A stretch of 64,000 nucleotides of DNA, taken from assembly GCA_964370855.1 (NCBI GenBank), contig CAYJMF010000001.1:133167-197166 (forward strand), in the 5' to 3' direction. Each line of letters starts with the position of its first letter. Position 1 is the stretch's first letter. A program made the translations under genes and the position numbers. Origin of the DNA: an uncultured Planctomycetota bacterium (GTDB lineage: Bacteria > Planctomycetota > JAJSAM01 > JAKLKS01). This document shows positions 7,328 to 18,006 of the stretch, piece after piece. The notes beneath the pieces were generated by a model. It was given only the letters and a program-made list of their open reading frames with translations. It searched no databases and was not told the origin of the DNA.

Positions 7328-9472
7328 CTACCGGTGCACCACGCTGATCTCGTCGAACCAGGCCTCCTCCCACTCGATGGCGCGGCCGCCCTGGGCGACC
7401 TCCACCACGAGGAGGACCTCCTTCCCCGCCCACGGGTCGAGCTCCGCCTCGAGCACCTTCCACCGCTCCTTCGATGCGTCGGTCACCCCACCGACCAGGT
7501 CTTCCCGGAGCCATTGGATCTCCCCCGAGAAGACGCCGAGCCGGACCACGACGTCGGCCCGCCCACCCGAATGGCGGGACTCCCCGGCGGCCCGCACGCG
7601 GAACGCGGTGCGCCCCATGGGGACCCGCACCTTCCGGAGGATCCGCGCGGGGGACTTCCGGCTGCCCGTGGGGTGCAGTCCCACCGCCCCCTGGAACTCC
7701 TCCGCAGGGCCCCTCTCCCCCTTCTTCGACGGCCCCTCCAGCCAGCGGGGCCAGTGCCCCGCGAACTCGGGGGAGACCGCGGCCACCGACAGGAGGCTCC
7801 CCTCGTCCACGTAGCCCTGGGTGAGCTTCGTCTCCAGGGGAAGGAACCGCAGCAGCTCCTCGAGGGTGAAGAAGCCCGGCTGGGCCAGAGCCGTCTCCTC
7901 CACCTCGGTGCGCGCGGCGCTCAGGGAGGGAACCACCCCCGGCGCGGGGCCCCCGTCGGGGCGGGCGATGCGGAGGCAGAGGCCGGTCCCTCCCCAGCCC
8001 TCCTCGATGGCTACGAGGACCCGGTGGACCCCCTTCTTCAGTGCGACCCGCAGGCCGATCTCGTCGGGGGCGGCCCCCTCGTGGAAGTGGAAGTGGTGGA
8101 TCTTCTCCCCGTCCAGGTGGACGGCGAAGGCGTCGTCGTGGCCGACCCAGAGGACGGCCTCCTGGTCCTCGGCCACGTGCAGCCAGGTGAAAGCCCACGT
8201 GATGGTGTTGTCGCCGGCCCCGACCGCCTTCTTGAGGTCCACCCAGTCCGAGGGGGAGCGGTAGGCGGCCCACTTCCGGCCCGCCGCGTCGCTCCCCGCC
8301 CGGGGCCGGGCGTCGGCCGCCTTGAAGGGGGGCTCCTCCATGAGGTTGTCCCCGGGGTTGGGGAGCGGGCCGAGGAGGAGCCAGCGCCGGACGAAGGGCG
8401 TCTCCTCCGCGGGGCGGGGCAGAGCCGGAGGCGGGGGCGGCGCGGTCTCCGCTCCCTCGGGGAGGGGCGGCGCCTCGCGGTCGAGGAGGGTGAAGGTCGC
8501 GCGACGGAGGAACAGGAGGGAGAAGCAGGTGTCGTAGCCGTTCCCCCAGGAACCGTCGCCCCCCTGGCGAGCGACGAGGGTTCGCGCCCCCTCCTGGTAC
8601 CAGTCGTGGCCGCCGAACTCCCTCCGGCCCGTCACCGCCCCGAGCCGCTCCATCCCCCAGAAGTAGTAGTAGAGCCACGTGTTCCGGAAGGCGTGGGCTC
8701 CCTCGAAGCCGGTGGTCGCGGTGAACCGCTTCTCGTGGTAGGCCCAGGCCCGGGCGAGGCTCTCCTTCGCTCGGCGGACGAGGGGCGCGATCGCCGCCTT
8801 CCGGGCGTCCACGCGGGCGAGGGCGATCTCCAGCACGAGGATTCCCGCCTCGGACATGGTCGCCGTGGCGATCCGCGCCTCGCGATTGGTGGAGTAGAAG
8901 AAACCCCCCTCGGCGGTCTGGAGGGCGGGGATCGGGAGGAGCAGGGATTCCCACGTCTCCGGCTTCGCTCGGAAGCCGTGCTTCTCCGCGGCGACGAGTC
9001 CGATCACCGCGAACTGGGTGTTGGAGAGATCGGTCCTGTCGTCGCCGGGGGCGTAGGACCAGAGGTGGTCCCTCGGGTGGAGGGAATCCTCCAGCCACTT
9101 CGCCATGGCGAGGATCGGCTCTTTCCGCTTCCCGTCGCCGAGGGCGTCCAGGGCGAGGATGCGGACCGCCGCGGAGTAGGTCTTGTCGACCTTGCGGTAC
9201 TGGAGCCACTCGACGGCCTTCTTCACCGCAGGGTCGTCCGGGGGGACCCCGGAGCGGAGGAGGGCGTAGAGGGCCAGTCCCGCGACCCCGTCGGGGAAGG
9301 TGTCGGAGCGGTCCCCGCGGAAGGAGCCGTCCTCGTTCTGGAGGGTCCGCAGGTGGGCCACGCCCTTCTCGATGGCGCGGTTCACCTCCACCGCCAGGCT
9401 GTCCGCGTGGGCTGGGCCCGAGGGGAGGAGCACGGCGAGGAGGGCGAGGAGGACCGCCGCCCGTCGGACCAT
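7328..9472 (-). CDS. Secreted prenyltransferase/squalene-oxidase-repeat (alpha/alpha toroid) protein with C-terminal beta-rich domains
   Basis: ATG 9472. Signal peptide MVRRAAVLLALLAVLLPSGPAHA. Repeated 'Q..DGSF/GGF..' and 'ARQGGDGSWGNG' terpenoid-cyclase-like repeats. The C-terminal half ('LWVGHDDAFAVHLDGEKI..') looks PA14/jelly-roll-like (tentative). Confidence 0.75.
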   Translation of the reverse strand: MVRRAAVLLALLAVLLPSGPAHADSLAVEVNRAIEKGVAHLRTLQNEDGSFRGDRSDTFPDGVAGLALYALLRSGVPPDDPAVKKAVEWLQYRKVDKTYSAAVRILALDALGDGKRKEPILAMAKWLEDSLHPRDHLWSYAPGDDRTDLSNTQFAVIGLVAAEKHGFRAKPETWESLLLPIPALQTAEGGFFYSTNREARIATATMSEAGILVLEIALARVDARKAAIAPLVRRAKESLARAWAYHEKRFTATTGFEGAHAFRNTWLYYYFWGMERLGAVTGRREFGGHDWYQEGARTLVARQGGDGSWGNGYDTCFSLLFLRRATFTLLDREAPPLPEGAETAPPPPPALPRPAEETPFVRRWLLLGPLPNPGDNLMEEPPFKAADARPRAGSDAAGRKWAAYRSPSDWVDLKKAVGAGDNTITWAFTWLHVAEDQEAVLWVGHDDAFAVHLDGEKIHHFHFHEGAAPDEIGLRVALKKGVHRVLVAIEEGWGGTGLCLRIARPDGGPAPGVVPSLSAARTEVEETALAQPGFFTLEELLRFLPLETKLTQGYVDEGSLLSVAAVSPEFAGHWPRWLEGPSKKGERGPAEEFQGAVGLHPTGSRKSPARILRKVRVPMGRTAFRVRAAGESRHSGGRADVVVRLGVFSGEIQWLREDLVGGVTDASKERWKVLEAELDPWAGKEVLLVVEVAQGGRAIEWEEAWFDEISVVHR

Positions 9473-9613
9473 TTCGCGGCCTCCCCGTGGACCCGCTTCG
9501 GTGAACAGGCATCATCGTAGTGCCGGGCGGCGCGGAGGCGACGGCGCATCTCCATGGATTCGCGAACTCGCCTCCCCCTTCCCCTCCCCCCGCCCGTGAG
9601 GGACAATCCCACC

Positions 9614-12600
9614 ATGACCGGACGCGGCGCCCTCCTTGGCGGCGGACTGCTCGCCCTCGCGATCCTCGGGGGCGTCGTCCTGTACCTCGACGGGAAGACG
9701 GAACCCCCGGTGCCGGGTCCCGCCGCACCCGGGGCGCCCCACGCCCCCGCTCCGGCCTCGCCCTCCCCCGCCGCACCCCCGCCCGACGCCCCCGCGGCGC
9801 CGCCCCTCGAGGGGGGCCCCGGCGCCGTCGTCGGACGCCTCGTGCGCGGTTCCCCGCCCACCCCCGTCCCCGGCCGCGTGACCGTCGCCGGCCCCGGCGG
9901 CGCCGCGGCCGCCGCTACGGTGGACGCCACCGGCCTCTTCCGCCTCGCCGGCCTCCCCGCCGGGACGCCGCTCGCCTTCGAGGCGACGTCACCGGGCCTC
10001 CTCCCCCACCGCCTCCCCTGGGTGCGCCTCGCCGCGGGGGATCCCCTCGACCTCGGCGACCTCGCGCTCGGCGCCGGCACCGCCGTCGCGGTGGAGGTCG
10101 CCGACGGCCGCGGGCGGCCCATCTCCGGCGCCTCCGTCACCCTGCGACGGTGGCCGGCGGGGGCTTTCCTGGGCTCGGTCCCCTCCGAGTACCCCGAGGA
10201 CTCCGCCGTCCCGCCCTCCCTCCGGGCCTCCACCGGTGCGGAGGGTAGGGTCGTCCTCGAGGGGACCCCGCCGGGCCCGTGGAGGGTCGAGGTCGCCGCC
10301 GCGGGGTTCGCGCCGCGGGAGGAGTCCTTCACCGTCGTGGAGGGGCGGGCCGCCGCGCCCCTCCGCTTCCTCCTCCTCCCGGCCCTGGCCCTCGCCGGGA
10401 GAGTATCAATCTTTGATACACCTGCGGAGGGGGCGGTGGTCGAGGCCGTGGAGCGGAACTTCATGCGCCGGGTCCGCTCGCGGCCCGCGGACGCCGACGG
10501 CGGCTACCTCCTCGAGGGGCTCGACGCCGGGCGGTGGACCCTCTCCGTGTGGCCGACGCCGGACACGGAGGTCTGCGTCGGCGGCCTCGACCTCCCGGGC
10601 CTCGATCGGTTCGACATCCGCCTCCCCGCGGGCGGGCGTGTCCTCGGCACCGTGCTCGACGACGCCACCGGGGCTCCGGTCCCCGGCGCCCTCGTCACCC
10701 TCCGCACCGACGGGGCGGGCTTCCTCGATGACTCCGCGGCGACGCGGACCGACCCCGACGGGCGGTTCTCCCTCGACCACCTCCCACCCGACGTTCCGAA
10801 CATCACCGGGTTCTCCGTCACCGCCACCGGGTTCCTCGACTTCCCCGACGGGCGGTCGGAGCCCGTCGTCCCGGAGGCGGCCCTGTTTCCGGGAACCGCT
10901 GATGGGATCGTGGTCCGCCTCCGCCGCGGCGCCGCGGTGGTCGGGAGGGTGCTGGATCCCGAGGGGCGGCCGGTTCCCGGGGCCCGGGTCTCCCTCTTTT
11001 CATCGATTGGCGGAGGGGAGAGTGGTTTCTCCACCCCCGCCCTTGCCGACGTGGAGGGAAGGTGGCGGCTGGAGCCGGTGGAGCCGGGGACGGGGATCCT
11101 GCTCGTGGCAGCGCCGGGCTTCTGCCAGGAGGAGTTCCCCGCCGATCCTGCCGCGGCGCTGTCCACGGGGACGGCCCCGGCCTCCTGGACCGTGGAGGTG
11201 CCGGCCTCCGGGGAGGCGCGGAAGGACCTCGTCCTCTCCCGCGGGGGCGCCATCGAGGGAACGGTCGTGGACGCCGACGGGGCGCCGATGGCGGGCGCGG
11301 CGATCTCCTGCCACCCGGAGGGGAGATGGGACGAACTCGGGACCGCCGGCCCCTCCGACGGGGAGGGGCGGTTTCGCGTCGCGGGGGTCCCCTCCGGTCG
11401 TGCCCTGGAGGTGTCGGCGTCCCTGCCCGACCGCCCCGACGGCCGGTCCGAGCCCCTCACCCTCGGCCCCGGGGAGACGAAGCGCGATCTCCGGATCGTC
11501 CTTCCCGCACCGGCAGCCCTCGCCGGGATCCTCCGGCGGGAGGACGGCACCCCGCTCCGGGCGCCGCGCCTCAGGATCGTGGACGGGGAGCCCGAGGACG
11601 GTGCCCTCGATCCGATGATCCTGGGGATGGCCGCGTACCGCCCCGTGGCCCCCGACGGGAGTTTCCGCGTCGAGGGCCTGGACGCCGGCACCTGGACGCT
11701 GGCGGCGGAGGACGAGGGGTGCGCCCTCGCCGTCGGCCCCGTGGTGGTCCTCGGCGAGGGGGAGCGGCGGGAGGAACTCGAGGCGATCCTCCCCGCGGGG
11801 ATGTCCATCGCCGGCCGCGTCGTGGACGGGAAGGGGGCGCCGCTTCCCGGGGCGGTCGTTCTCGTCGCGAGGGTGTTCGAGAAGTACTCCACCGCGAGCG
11901 TCCTCTCGGACCTCCACGCGCCGGCGGCCTCGGCGATCACGGGCGAGGACGGCGCCTTCCGGAAGGAGGGGCTCCCTCCCGGGCCCCATTCCGTCACGGT
12001 GCGCGCGGACGGCACGCGGGAGCGTTCGGTGGAGACCCCGGCCGGGACTGCCGACCTCCTCATCGTCATGGAGAGCGGATTCTCCGTCGCGGGGAGGGTC
12101 GTGGACGCCGAGGACGGCCGCCCCGTGGCCGGGGTCCGGGTGACGGCCCGGCCCCGGGGACCCCGCGGTTTCAGCGAGGCGCGGGAGACGGTGAGCGGCG
12201 GGAACGGGGAGTTCCTCCTCGACGGGCTTCCCGAGGGCGGCGTGGACCTCCGGTTCGACCCGGAGTCGGGGGGGAAGGTCGGGGGGTACGGGGCGAAGAC
12301 GGTGCGGGGCGTGGCGGCGGGCACTTCCGGGCTCGAGGTGGCGCTCCCGCGGGGTCTCGCAATCGCGGGGAGGGTCGTGGACGAGGAGGGGAGGGCGATC
12401 GCCTCCGCCCTCGTGATCCACGCCGTCGGGAGGGGCGACGACGGCGAGATCCTGTTCGCCACCGTCACCCGGGAAGGGAGCGTCGACGGGTCCTTCCTCG
12501 TCGGGGGCCTCTTGCCGGGCACGTACTCCCTCACCGTATCGAGTTCTCCCGACTACCTGTCGGCGACCGAGCGCGGCCTGCGGTCAGGGACCGAGGGCGT

Positions 12601-13159
12601 CGTCGTCGTCCTGCGCCGGACGGGCCGGATCTCCGGCCGGGTCGTCGACGGGGACGGACTGCCGGTCGGAAGCGGTGTCCCCGTGGCGGCCGACTTCCGG
12701 GGTGCGGGGAAGGAAGTCGCAGGGGCCCATGGGCGCACGGAGACCGGGGCGGACGGCTCCTTCTCCATCGGGATGCTCGGCCCCTACCGGTTCCGGCTGA
12801 CGGCGGGGGGGGGGAACCGGTGCGACTTCCTTCCCTCGGCGCATCCCGGGGACGTGGCCGTCGGCACCACCGACGTGGAGATCCGCGCTGCCCGTGGCGC
12901 CTCCCTCTCGGGGATGCTCCGCGATGCCGCGGGCGCCGCGGTGAGGGGAGTGGCTGTGCGGGCCCGGACCGGGGAGTTCGTCGAGGCCTGGCTCGTCTCG
13001 GACTGGCAGGAGGTGGACGACGACGGCGCCTTCCACCTCCGCGGACTTCCGCCCGGCACGGTGACCCTGGAGGTCCGGGCCGGGGACGGGGAGACGATCC
13101 CTCTCGGTGAGTGGACCGCCCCGGGGGAGAACCTCCGGGTGGTGATTCCGGAGCGGTAG
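9614..13159 (+). CDS. Membrane-anchored CarboxypepD_reg-like repeat protein (paralog family)
   Basis: ATG 9614 (MTGRGALLGGGLLALAILGGVVLYL = TM helix); an alternative ATG is at 9554. A Pro/Ala linker is followed by more than 10 modules 'GRVVD..G.P..GA.V...TD..G.F.L..L..G.Y'. Confidence 0.8.
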   Translation: MTGRGALLGGGLLALAILGGVVLYLDGKTEPPVPGPAAPGAPHAPAPASPSPAAPPPDAPAAPPLEGGPGAVVGRLVRGSPPTPVPGRVTVAGPGGAAAAATVDATGLFRLAGLPAGTPLAFEATSPGLLPHRLPWVRLAAGDPLDLGDLALGAGTAVAVEVADGRGRPISGASVTLRRWPAGAFLGSVPSEYPEDSAVPPSLRASTGAEGRVVLEGTPPGPWRVEVAAAGFAPREESFTVVEGRAAAPLRFLLLPALALAGRVSIFDTPAEGAVVEAVERNFMRRVRSRPADADGGYLLEGLDAGRWTLSVWPTPDTEVCVGGLDLPGLDRFDIRLPAGGRVLGTVLDDATGAPVPGALVTLRTDGAGFLDDSAATRTDPDGRFSLDHLPPDVPNITGFSVTATGFLDFPDGRSEPVVPEAALFPGTADGIVVRLRRGAAVVGRVLDPEGRPVPGARVSLFSSIGGGESGFSTPALADVEGRWRLEPVEPGTGILLVAAPGFCQEEFPADPAAALSTGTAPASWTVEVPASGEARKDLVLSRGGAIEGTVVDADGAPMAGAAISCHPEGRWDELGTAGPSDGEGRFRVAGVPSGRALEVSASLPDRPDGRSEPLTLGPGETKRDLRIVLPAPAALAGILRREDGTPLRAPRLRIVDGEPEDGALDPMILGMAAYRPVAPDGSFRVEGLDAGTWTLAAEDEGCALAVGPVVVLGEGERREELEAILPAGMSIAGRVVDGKGAPLPGAVVLVARVFEKYSTASVLSDLHAPAASAITGEDGAFRKEGLPPGPHSVTVRADGTRERSVETPAGTADLLIVMESGFSVAGRVVDAEDGRPVAGVRVTARPRGPRGFSEARETVSGGNGEFLLDGLPEGGVDLRFDPESGGKVGGYGAKTVRGVAAGTSGLEVALPRGLAIAGRVVDEEGRAIASALVIHAVGRGDDGEILFATVTREGSVDGSFLVGGLLPGTYSLTVSSSPDYLSATERGLRSGTEGVVVVLRRTGRISGRVVDGDGLPVGSGVPVAADFRGAGKEVAGAHGRTETGADGSFSIGMLGPYRFRLTAGGGNRCDFLPSAHPGDVAVGTTDVEIRAARGASLSGMLRDAAGAAVRGVAVRARTGEFVEAWLVSDWQEVDDDGAFHLRGLPPGTVTLEVRAGDGETIPLGEWTAPGENLRVVIPER
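10403..10419. repeat. GTATC-N7-GATAC palindrome, copy b (inside a CDS)
   Basis: GTATC aatcttt GATAC, encoded as codons gta tca atc ttt gat aca (V284-S-I-F-D-T289 of ORF 9554..13159). It is a conspicuous AT-rich island inside GC-rich coding sequence. Confidence 0.6.
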
Positions 13160-13198
13160 AGGGGGCCTCCCGACGGGCACTCCGACGCCGGGACTGCC

Positions 13199-14155
13199 CT
13201 ACTTCCCCTCCCCGCGGGCCCACTCCGGGATCTCCGTCTCCCGCCTCCAGGACTTCTCCGACCACTCCCGGAAGCGGCGCTCGGCGGAGGCCGCCTGGAG
13301 GGCCTCGACCCCGGCCTTCTCCACGACGCCCCGGATGGTGACGCTCCCCCCCTTCCCCCCGCTAAGCCCGAGGAAGCCACGGGGGTACGTCCGGTCCTTC
13401 GCCGACACCAGGAGACGGCCGTCCACCGCGATGGAGAGCGCGCCGCCCTTGAGCGCGAACCGGACCTTGTGGGTCCCCTCCCCCGCGGGGTTGTCGCAGC
13501 TTCCGAGGATGATCGCCCTCTTCCTGGCCCCTCCCGCCGACTCGAGCCGCGCGATGCCCGCCTGCTCCTTCGACTTCCCGTTGGTGTGGCCCGCCCGCAG
13601 GTCGTACCCCTTGTCGGTGTCGAAGTCGAAGGAGAGCTGGACCGCGAGCCGGTCGAGGAGGCTCCCCTCGTAGTCCACGGTCACGTCCTCGAACGGGATC
13701 CGGAGGAACCCGTTCTCCGGGGGATGTCCCTCCCAGGCCGGGGCGGCGGGCCCGTCGGGGAACTCGAGGACGAGCACACGGGTCGCGGCCGCGAAGGACT
13801 TCGTCCCCGGCCCGAAGATCTGCTCCGGCGTGGGCGGCTTCTCCTGGAGGCGCCAGACGCAGAGCTTCAGCGCCTCCTCGATGGCGGGGAGGCGGCGCAC
13901 GACCTCCGGGGAGTCCTTGAAGTCCACGAACACCGCGCGCAGTGCGGCGAGCGCCGGCTTCCACTTCCCCTCCTCCACGAGCCGGTCCGCGGCGGCGAGG
14001 CGATCGTCCAGGGAGGGAGCGGGCTTCGCGGGAGCGGGGGGCGGGGTCGCCGGCCCCTCGGCGGGGGCAGGGGAGGCGAGGAGGAGGGGAAGGAGCAGGA
14101 CGGCGGCGGGGAATCGCCCCCTCGTCGCGAAGCCCCCGGGGCGAAGCACTTGCAT
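13199..14155 (-). CDS. Secreted hypothetical protein, C-terminal LamG/DUF1080-like jelly-roll (tentative)
   Basis: This is the inner part of ORF 13199..14323(-), starting at ATG 14155 (MQVLRPGGFATRGRFPAAVLLLPLLLASPAPAEG = signal peptide). The C-terminal 'HKVRFALKGGALSIAVDGRLLV.. PRGFLGLSGGKGGSVTIRGV' resembles lectin-like jelly-rolls. Confidence 0.65.
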   Translation of the reverse strand: MQVLRPGGFATRGRFPAAVLLLPLLLASPAPAEGPATPPPAPAKPAPSLDDRLAAADRLVEEGKWKPALAALRAVFVDFKDSPEVVRRLPAIEEALKLCVWRLQEKPPTPEQIFGPGTKSFAAATRVLVLEFPDGPAAPAWEGHPPENGFLRIPFEDVTVDYEGSLLDRLAVQLSFDFDTDKGYDLRAGHTNGKSKEQAGIARLESAGGARKRAIILGSCDNPAGEGTHKVRFALKGGALSIAVDGRLLVSAKDRTYPRGFLGLSGGKGGSVTIRGVVEKAGVEALQAASAERRFREWSEKSWRRETEIPEWARGEGK

Positions 14156-14321
14156 GGGGATCGAAGATACTCCCTCGAAGCCGGGTCCGCGGCCGGCCCT
14201 CTCCCCGGGGATTCCCCCCTCCGGACCGCACATGGGGTGGATCCCCCATGGACCTCCCGCCCCGCAGGGTCCAGAATGGCGCCGACCCACGGCCGGGGGA
14301 TCCTCCCCGGGGAGGAGGCGC

Positions 14322-17300
14322 ATGCGCGGTCGGGACCTCGTCGCTCCCCTCGTCGCGGCGGCCCTCCTCGCCGGCGGGACGGGACGGGCCGCGGAGGAGG
14401 AAACCTCCCCCGGCCCCGTCGGCGTCGTCCGCGTCGTGGACGAGCACGGCGCCCCCGTCCCCGGCGCGCGGGTCGCCCTCGTCGCCTCCGGTCCCGCTTC
14501 CCCCCTCGGCCCGGTCCCCCTCCCGGGCCCCGTCGGGGAGGGATGGGCGGCCCTCCTCGAGCCGACCTACGGCGCGCGCCGGGTGGAGCTGGATCCTCCC
14601 GTCACGACCGACGCCGGGGGGCGGGCGGTGCTCCGAAGCCCTCCGCCGGATCCGCGGCGCAGCCCGCTCCCCGGATGCCCCGTCTGGGCCTCCGCCCCGG
14701 GCCGCGCGCCGGCCTTCGGCAACCCGGAAGGCGGGGAGACCCTCATCGAGATCGACCGCCCCGCGGACTTCGCCGGGAGGCTCCTCGACGGAAGCGGTGC
14801 CCCCGTCGCCGGCGCCCGCATCCTCGCCCCGTACCGGTACGCGTGGGACGAGGGGCCGCCCGCGGCCCTCGTGCCGCTCTCCGCGACCACCGACGCCGAG
14901 GGGCGGTTCCGGATCGCCGGCATGCAGCGCGGAGAGGTGGACCTCCGGGCGATCCTCCCCTCGGGCGTCGCCTTCGAGATGCTGCGGGGCGAGGCGCCCG
15001 CGCCCGAGGGGTGGGAGCTCCGCCTCGGGGGGACGGGAGCGCTCCGCCTCCGCTTCGTGGACGACGCCACGGGGGAGCCCCTCGCCGGCGTCCGGTTCGG
15101 GCTCCACGTGGACCACCCCGGCGGGTTCGGGCTCTCCCTCGCCAGCGCCGTCGGCGCCTCGGCGGAGGACGGCACGGCCGTCGTCTCCCCCCTCCCCCCG
15201 GGGATGGTGTCGTGGGTCGGTGCGGAGCGGGAGGGGTACCGGCCTCCGGAGGGGCTCCAGGAGGCGAGCGGGGCCGTGGGCGCGGAGATCCTCGCCGGGA
15301 GGGAGGCCTCCCTCGTGCTCCGGTTGAAGCCGGGCACCCCCCTCCGCGGCCGCGTCATCGCCGGGGACGGCGGTCCCGTCCCCGGGGCCCTCGTCGAAGT
15401 CGCGCGGTGGCCCCGGGTGCGGGCCGGGCGGGGGGACGAGGGGGAATCCTGGTTCATGACCCTCACCGGGGCGGACGGGGCCTACCTCTTCCCGGGCCTG
15501 CCCGAGGGGACCTTCGCGCTCTCCGTCACGGCCCCGGGATTCCATCAAGCCGGCGCAGCGTCCGCGCCCTCCCGGGAGGAGGCGCCTCCCGGCGCCGTCG
15601 TGGAGATCCGGGGGCGCGCGCCGATGACGCTGGATCTCGCGGTCCTCCGCCTCGGATCCGTCGAGGGGATCGTGGTGGACGCGGCGGGACGTCCCGTGGC
15701 CGACGCGGCGGTGAGGATCCAGGGCGGCCCCGCCGCAGACGGGGATTCCCCCTTCGCCCGCTCCGATGCGGCCGGAGCTTTCCGCATCGAGGGCGTGCCT
15801 CCCGCCCCCGCGTGGACCGCGACCGCGGTCCGGCGGACCGGGGCCACGCGCCCCGTCCCGCGCTCCGCCCCCTTCGAGGTGAAGGAGGGGGAGACGGCCT
15901 CCGGCATCCGGGTCGTCCTCCCCGCGGGCTCCACCCTCGCCGGCGTGCTCCGGCGGGCGGACGGAGGGCACGTCGGAGGGCTCCGCCTTTTCCTCGCCTC
16001 GGGCATCCAGGCCGGGGGCGGCGGTCCCCCCTCCGCCGGGGCGGGCCGCGTGCGCGGGGCCGGAGTGGGCCGGGAGGATGCCCCGAAGCCGGATCCGATC
16101 TTCCCCCGTCCCTGGGAGGGCCTCGGCCTCCCCGGACCGTTCCCCGTGGCCGCCGACGGGAACTTCCGCATCGAGGGCCTCGGCGCCTCCACCTTCACCC
16201 TCGTCGTGGACACCGGCAGCCCCTGGTGGATCCGGGGACCGGCCGTCGCGCTGAAGGAGGGGGAGGGGAGGGAGGACCTCGCCATCGAACTCCCTCCGCT
16301 CCGCGAGGTCTCCCTCCGCGTCACCGACGCCGCGGGGGCGCCGCTTCCGGGGGCGCAGGTCGCCCTGTTCCGGGGCGTGAAGCGGGAGTGGAACACGGCG
16401 GAGGCCCATCTCAGGTCCGACGGAGAGGGTCTATGCCGCCAGGGAGGGCTTCCTCCCGGGACCTACTCCGTCGAGGCGACCTCCCCCGGGTTCCTCCCGG
16501 CCGGCAGGGTCCTCGCGGAATCCGCGGAGGAGGCGACCCTCGTCCTCGCCCGCGGGCGATCCGTCGATGGCATCGTCGTCGATGCCGGGACCGGCGCCCC
16601 CCTCGTCGGCATCCAGGTCGTCCTCCGGCTCCCCGACGGGGTCCCCCGGCCCGCGGGCGGCGATCGCACGGAGACGGGGCCCGACGGGCGCTTCGCCTTC
16701 CGCGGCCTCGGCGAGGGCGGCTTCGATCTCCTCTTCGAGGAGTGGGCGGGGGGCCACGCGGCGCGGCTCCTTCGGGAGGTCGCGCCGGGCACGGCGGACC
16801 TCCGGGTGGAGCTCGCGGCGGGGCTCTCCATCGGCGGCGAGATCCTCGGCCCCGACGGGAAGCCGTTCCACGGGGAGCCTCCCCCCGTCGCCTTCGCCCT
16901 CCCCGTCGGGGAGGGAGCGGAGGCACGCGAGGGCGCGGAGCGCCAGGCGGAGTGGAAGGGGGGCTTCGCGATCCCCGGCCTCGCCCCGGGGGAGTACGAG
17001 GTGGGCTTCCGCCCCGCGGTGCAGGGCGACTTCTGGTGCCCGGAGCGGGTCCGGGTCGCGGCGGGGGCGGGCGGGGTCGTCCTCCGTGCGGCGCTCCTCC
17101 CGCGCATCGGGGGACGGGTCGCCGGCCCCGGCGGGCGTGGAGTCTCCCCGGGGCCGAGGGGCGCGCTCGAGGTCGTCCCCTCCGACGGATCCCGGGAGCC
17201 GACGGAGGTCATGTTCCCGAGCCACTTCACGGCGACGGTGCGGGAGGACGGGAGTTTCGAGACCTCGACCCTGGATCCCGGGAGGCGGTACGACCTGCGC

Positions 17301-17957
17301 GCGCGCGGGTTCCCGGGCTTCGAGGACGGCGCGCTTGCGGGAGTCGCCCCGGGGACCTTGGACGTCTCCCTCGTCCTCGCGGAGAGGGTGGTGCGGTCCA
17401 TCTCCGGGCAGGTCCTCGACACCCTGGGCCAGCCCGTCCCCGCGGGCCGCCGCGTCCAGGCGACGGCGGTGAGCGAGGTCCCGGGCGCCCCCTCCCCGTC
17501 GGGCGAGGGGACCGGGGGAAGGACCATCACCGACGCGGAGGGGCGGTTCGTCATCGCGGGACTCGCGGATCACCTGTTCCACGTCCAGGCCACGAGCAGC
17601 CACGACGGGGACGATTTCCGCCGCCTGAAGACGGAATCCACGGCCCGGGTCCGGGCGGGAACGGAGGGGGTCGTCCTCCGGCTCTTCCGCTTCGCCCGCG
17701 TCACCGGCCGCCTCGTGGACGGGCAGGGTAGGCCCGTCGCGAAGACCGACATCTTCGCGGTCCCCGCGGACCGGGAAATGAGGAACTTCCACGGCGGCGC
17801 GAAGACGGCGGAGGACGGCACGTTCCTCCTGCGGGTCGCGCCGGGCCCGTTCCGGCTCGGGACGAAGTTCGAGGGGAAGAACCTCCTCGTCGGCGAGTTC
17901 GAGGCTCCCGCCGCGGACCTGGTCGTCTCCACGAAGGACCTCGGGCCGTGGAAGTGA
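14322..17957 (+). CDS. Secreted CarboxypepD_reg-like repeat protein (paralog family)
   Basis: ATG 14322 is preceded by GGAGGAGG. Signal peptide MRGRDLVAPLVAAALLAGGTGRA. Tandem 'G.V.D..G.PV.GA.V' modules fill the protein. It ends '..VGEFEAPAADLVVSTKDLGPWK'. Confidence 0.8.
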   Translation: MRGRDLVAPLVAAALLAGGTGRAAEEETSPGPVGVVRVVDEHGAPVPGARVALVASGPASPLGPVPLPGPVGEGWAALLEPTYGARRVELDPPVTTDAGGRAVLRSPPPDPRRSPLPGCPVWASAPGRAPAFGNPEGGETLIEIDRPADFAGRLLDGSGAPVAGARILAPYRYAWDEGPPAALVPLSATTDAEGRFRIAGMQRGEVDLRAILPSGVAFEMLRGEAPAPEGWELRLGGTGALRLRFVDDATGEPLAGVRFGLHVDHPGGFGLSLASAVGASAEDGTAVVSPLPPGMVSWVGAEREGYRPPEGLQEASGAVGAEILAGREASLVLRLKPGTPLRGRVIAGDGGPVPGALVEVARWPRVRAGRGDEGESWFMTLTGADGAYLFPGLPEGTFALSVTAPGFHQAGAASAPSREEAPPGAVVEIRGRAPMTLDLAVLRLGSVEGIVVDAAGRPVADAAVRIQGGPAADGDSPFARSDAAGAFRIEGVPPAPAWTATAVRRTGATRPVPRSAPFEVKEGETASGIRVVLPAGSTLAGVLRRADGGHVGGLRLFLASGIQAGGGGPPSAGAGRVRGAGVGREDAPKPDPIFPRPWEGLGLPGPFPVAADGNFRIEGLGASTFTLVVDTGSPWWIRGPAVALKEGEGREDLAIELPPLREVSLRVTDAAGAPLPGAQVALFRGVKREWNTAEAHLRSDGEGLCRQGGLPPGTYSVEATSPGFLPAGRVLAESAEEATLVLARGRSVDGIVVDAGTGAPLVGIQVVLRLPDGVPRPAGGDRTETGPDGRFAFRGLGEGGFDLLFEEWAGGHAARLLREVAPGTADLRVELAAGLSIGGEILGPDGKPFHGEPPPVAFALPVGEGAEAREGAERQAEWKGGFAIPGLAPGEYEVGFRPAVQGDFWCPERVRVAAGAGGVVLRAALLPRIGGRVAGPGGRGVSPGPRGALEVVPSDGSREPTEVMFPSHFTATVREDGSFETSTLDPGRRYDLRARGFPGFEDGALAGVAPGTLDVSLVLAERVVRSISGQVLDTLGQPVPAGRRVQATAVSEVPGAPSPSGEGTGGRTITDAEGRFVIAGLADHLFHVQATSSHDGDDFRRLKTESTARVRAGTEGVVLRLFRFARVTGRLVDGQGRPVAKTDIFAVPADREMRNFHGGAKTAEDGTFLLRVAPGPFRLGTKFEGKNLLVGEFEAPAADLVVSTKDLGPWK

Positions 17958-18006
17958 GGGTGCCGGCGGACCCCCACGCGATGGCGGTCCCGCCGGAACG
18001 GCAATA

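Noticed and set aside
9554-9613. Upstream ATG 9554 as the start of the paralog at 9614..13159
   Set aside because: It cannot be excluded, but it adds only 20 Pro/Leu/Arg-rich residues before the TM helix. ATG 9614 gives an N-terminus (M-x-G-R-G + TM) like the other paralogs. It is kept as an alternative.
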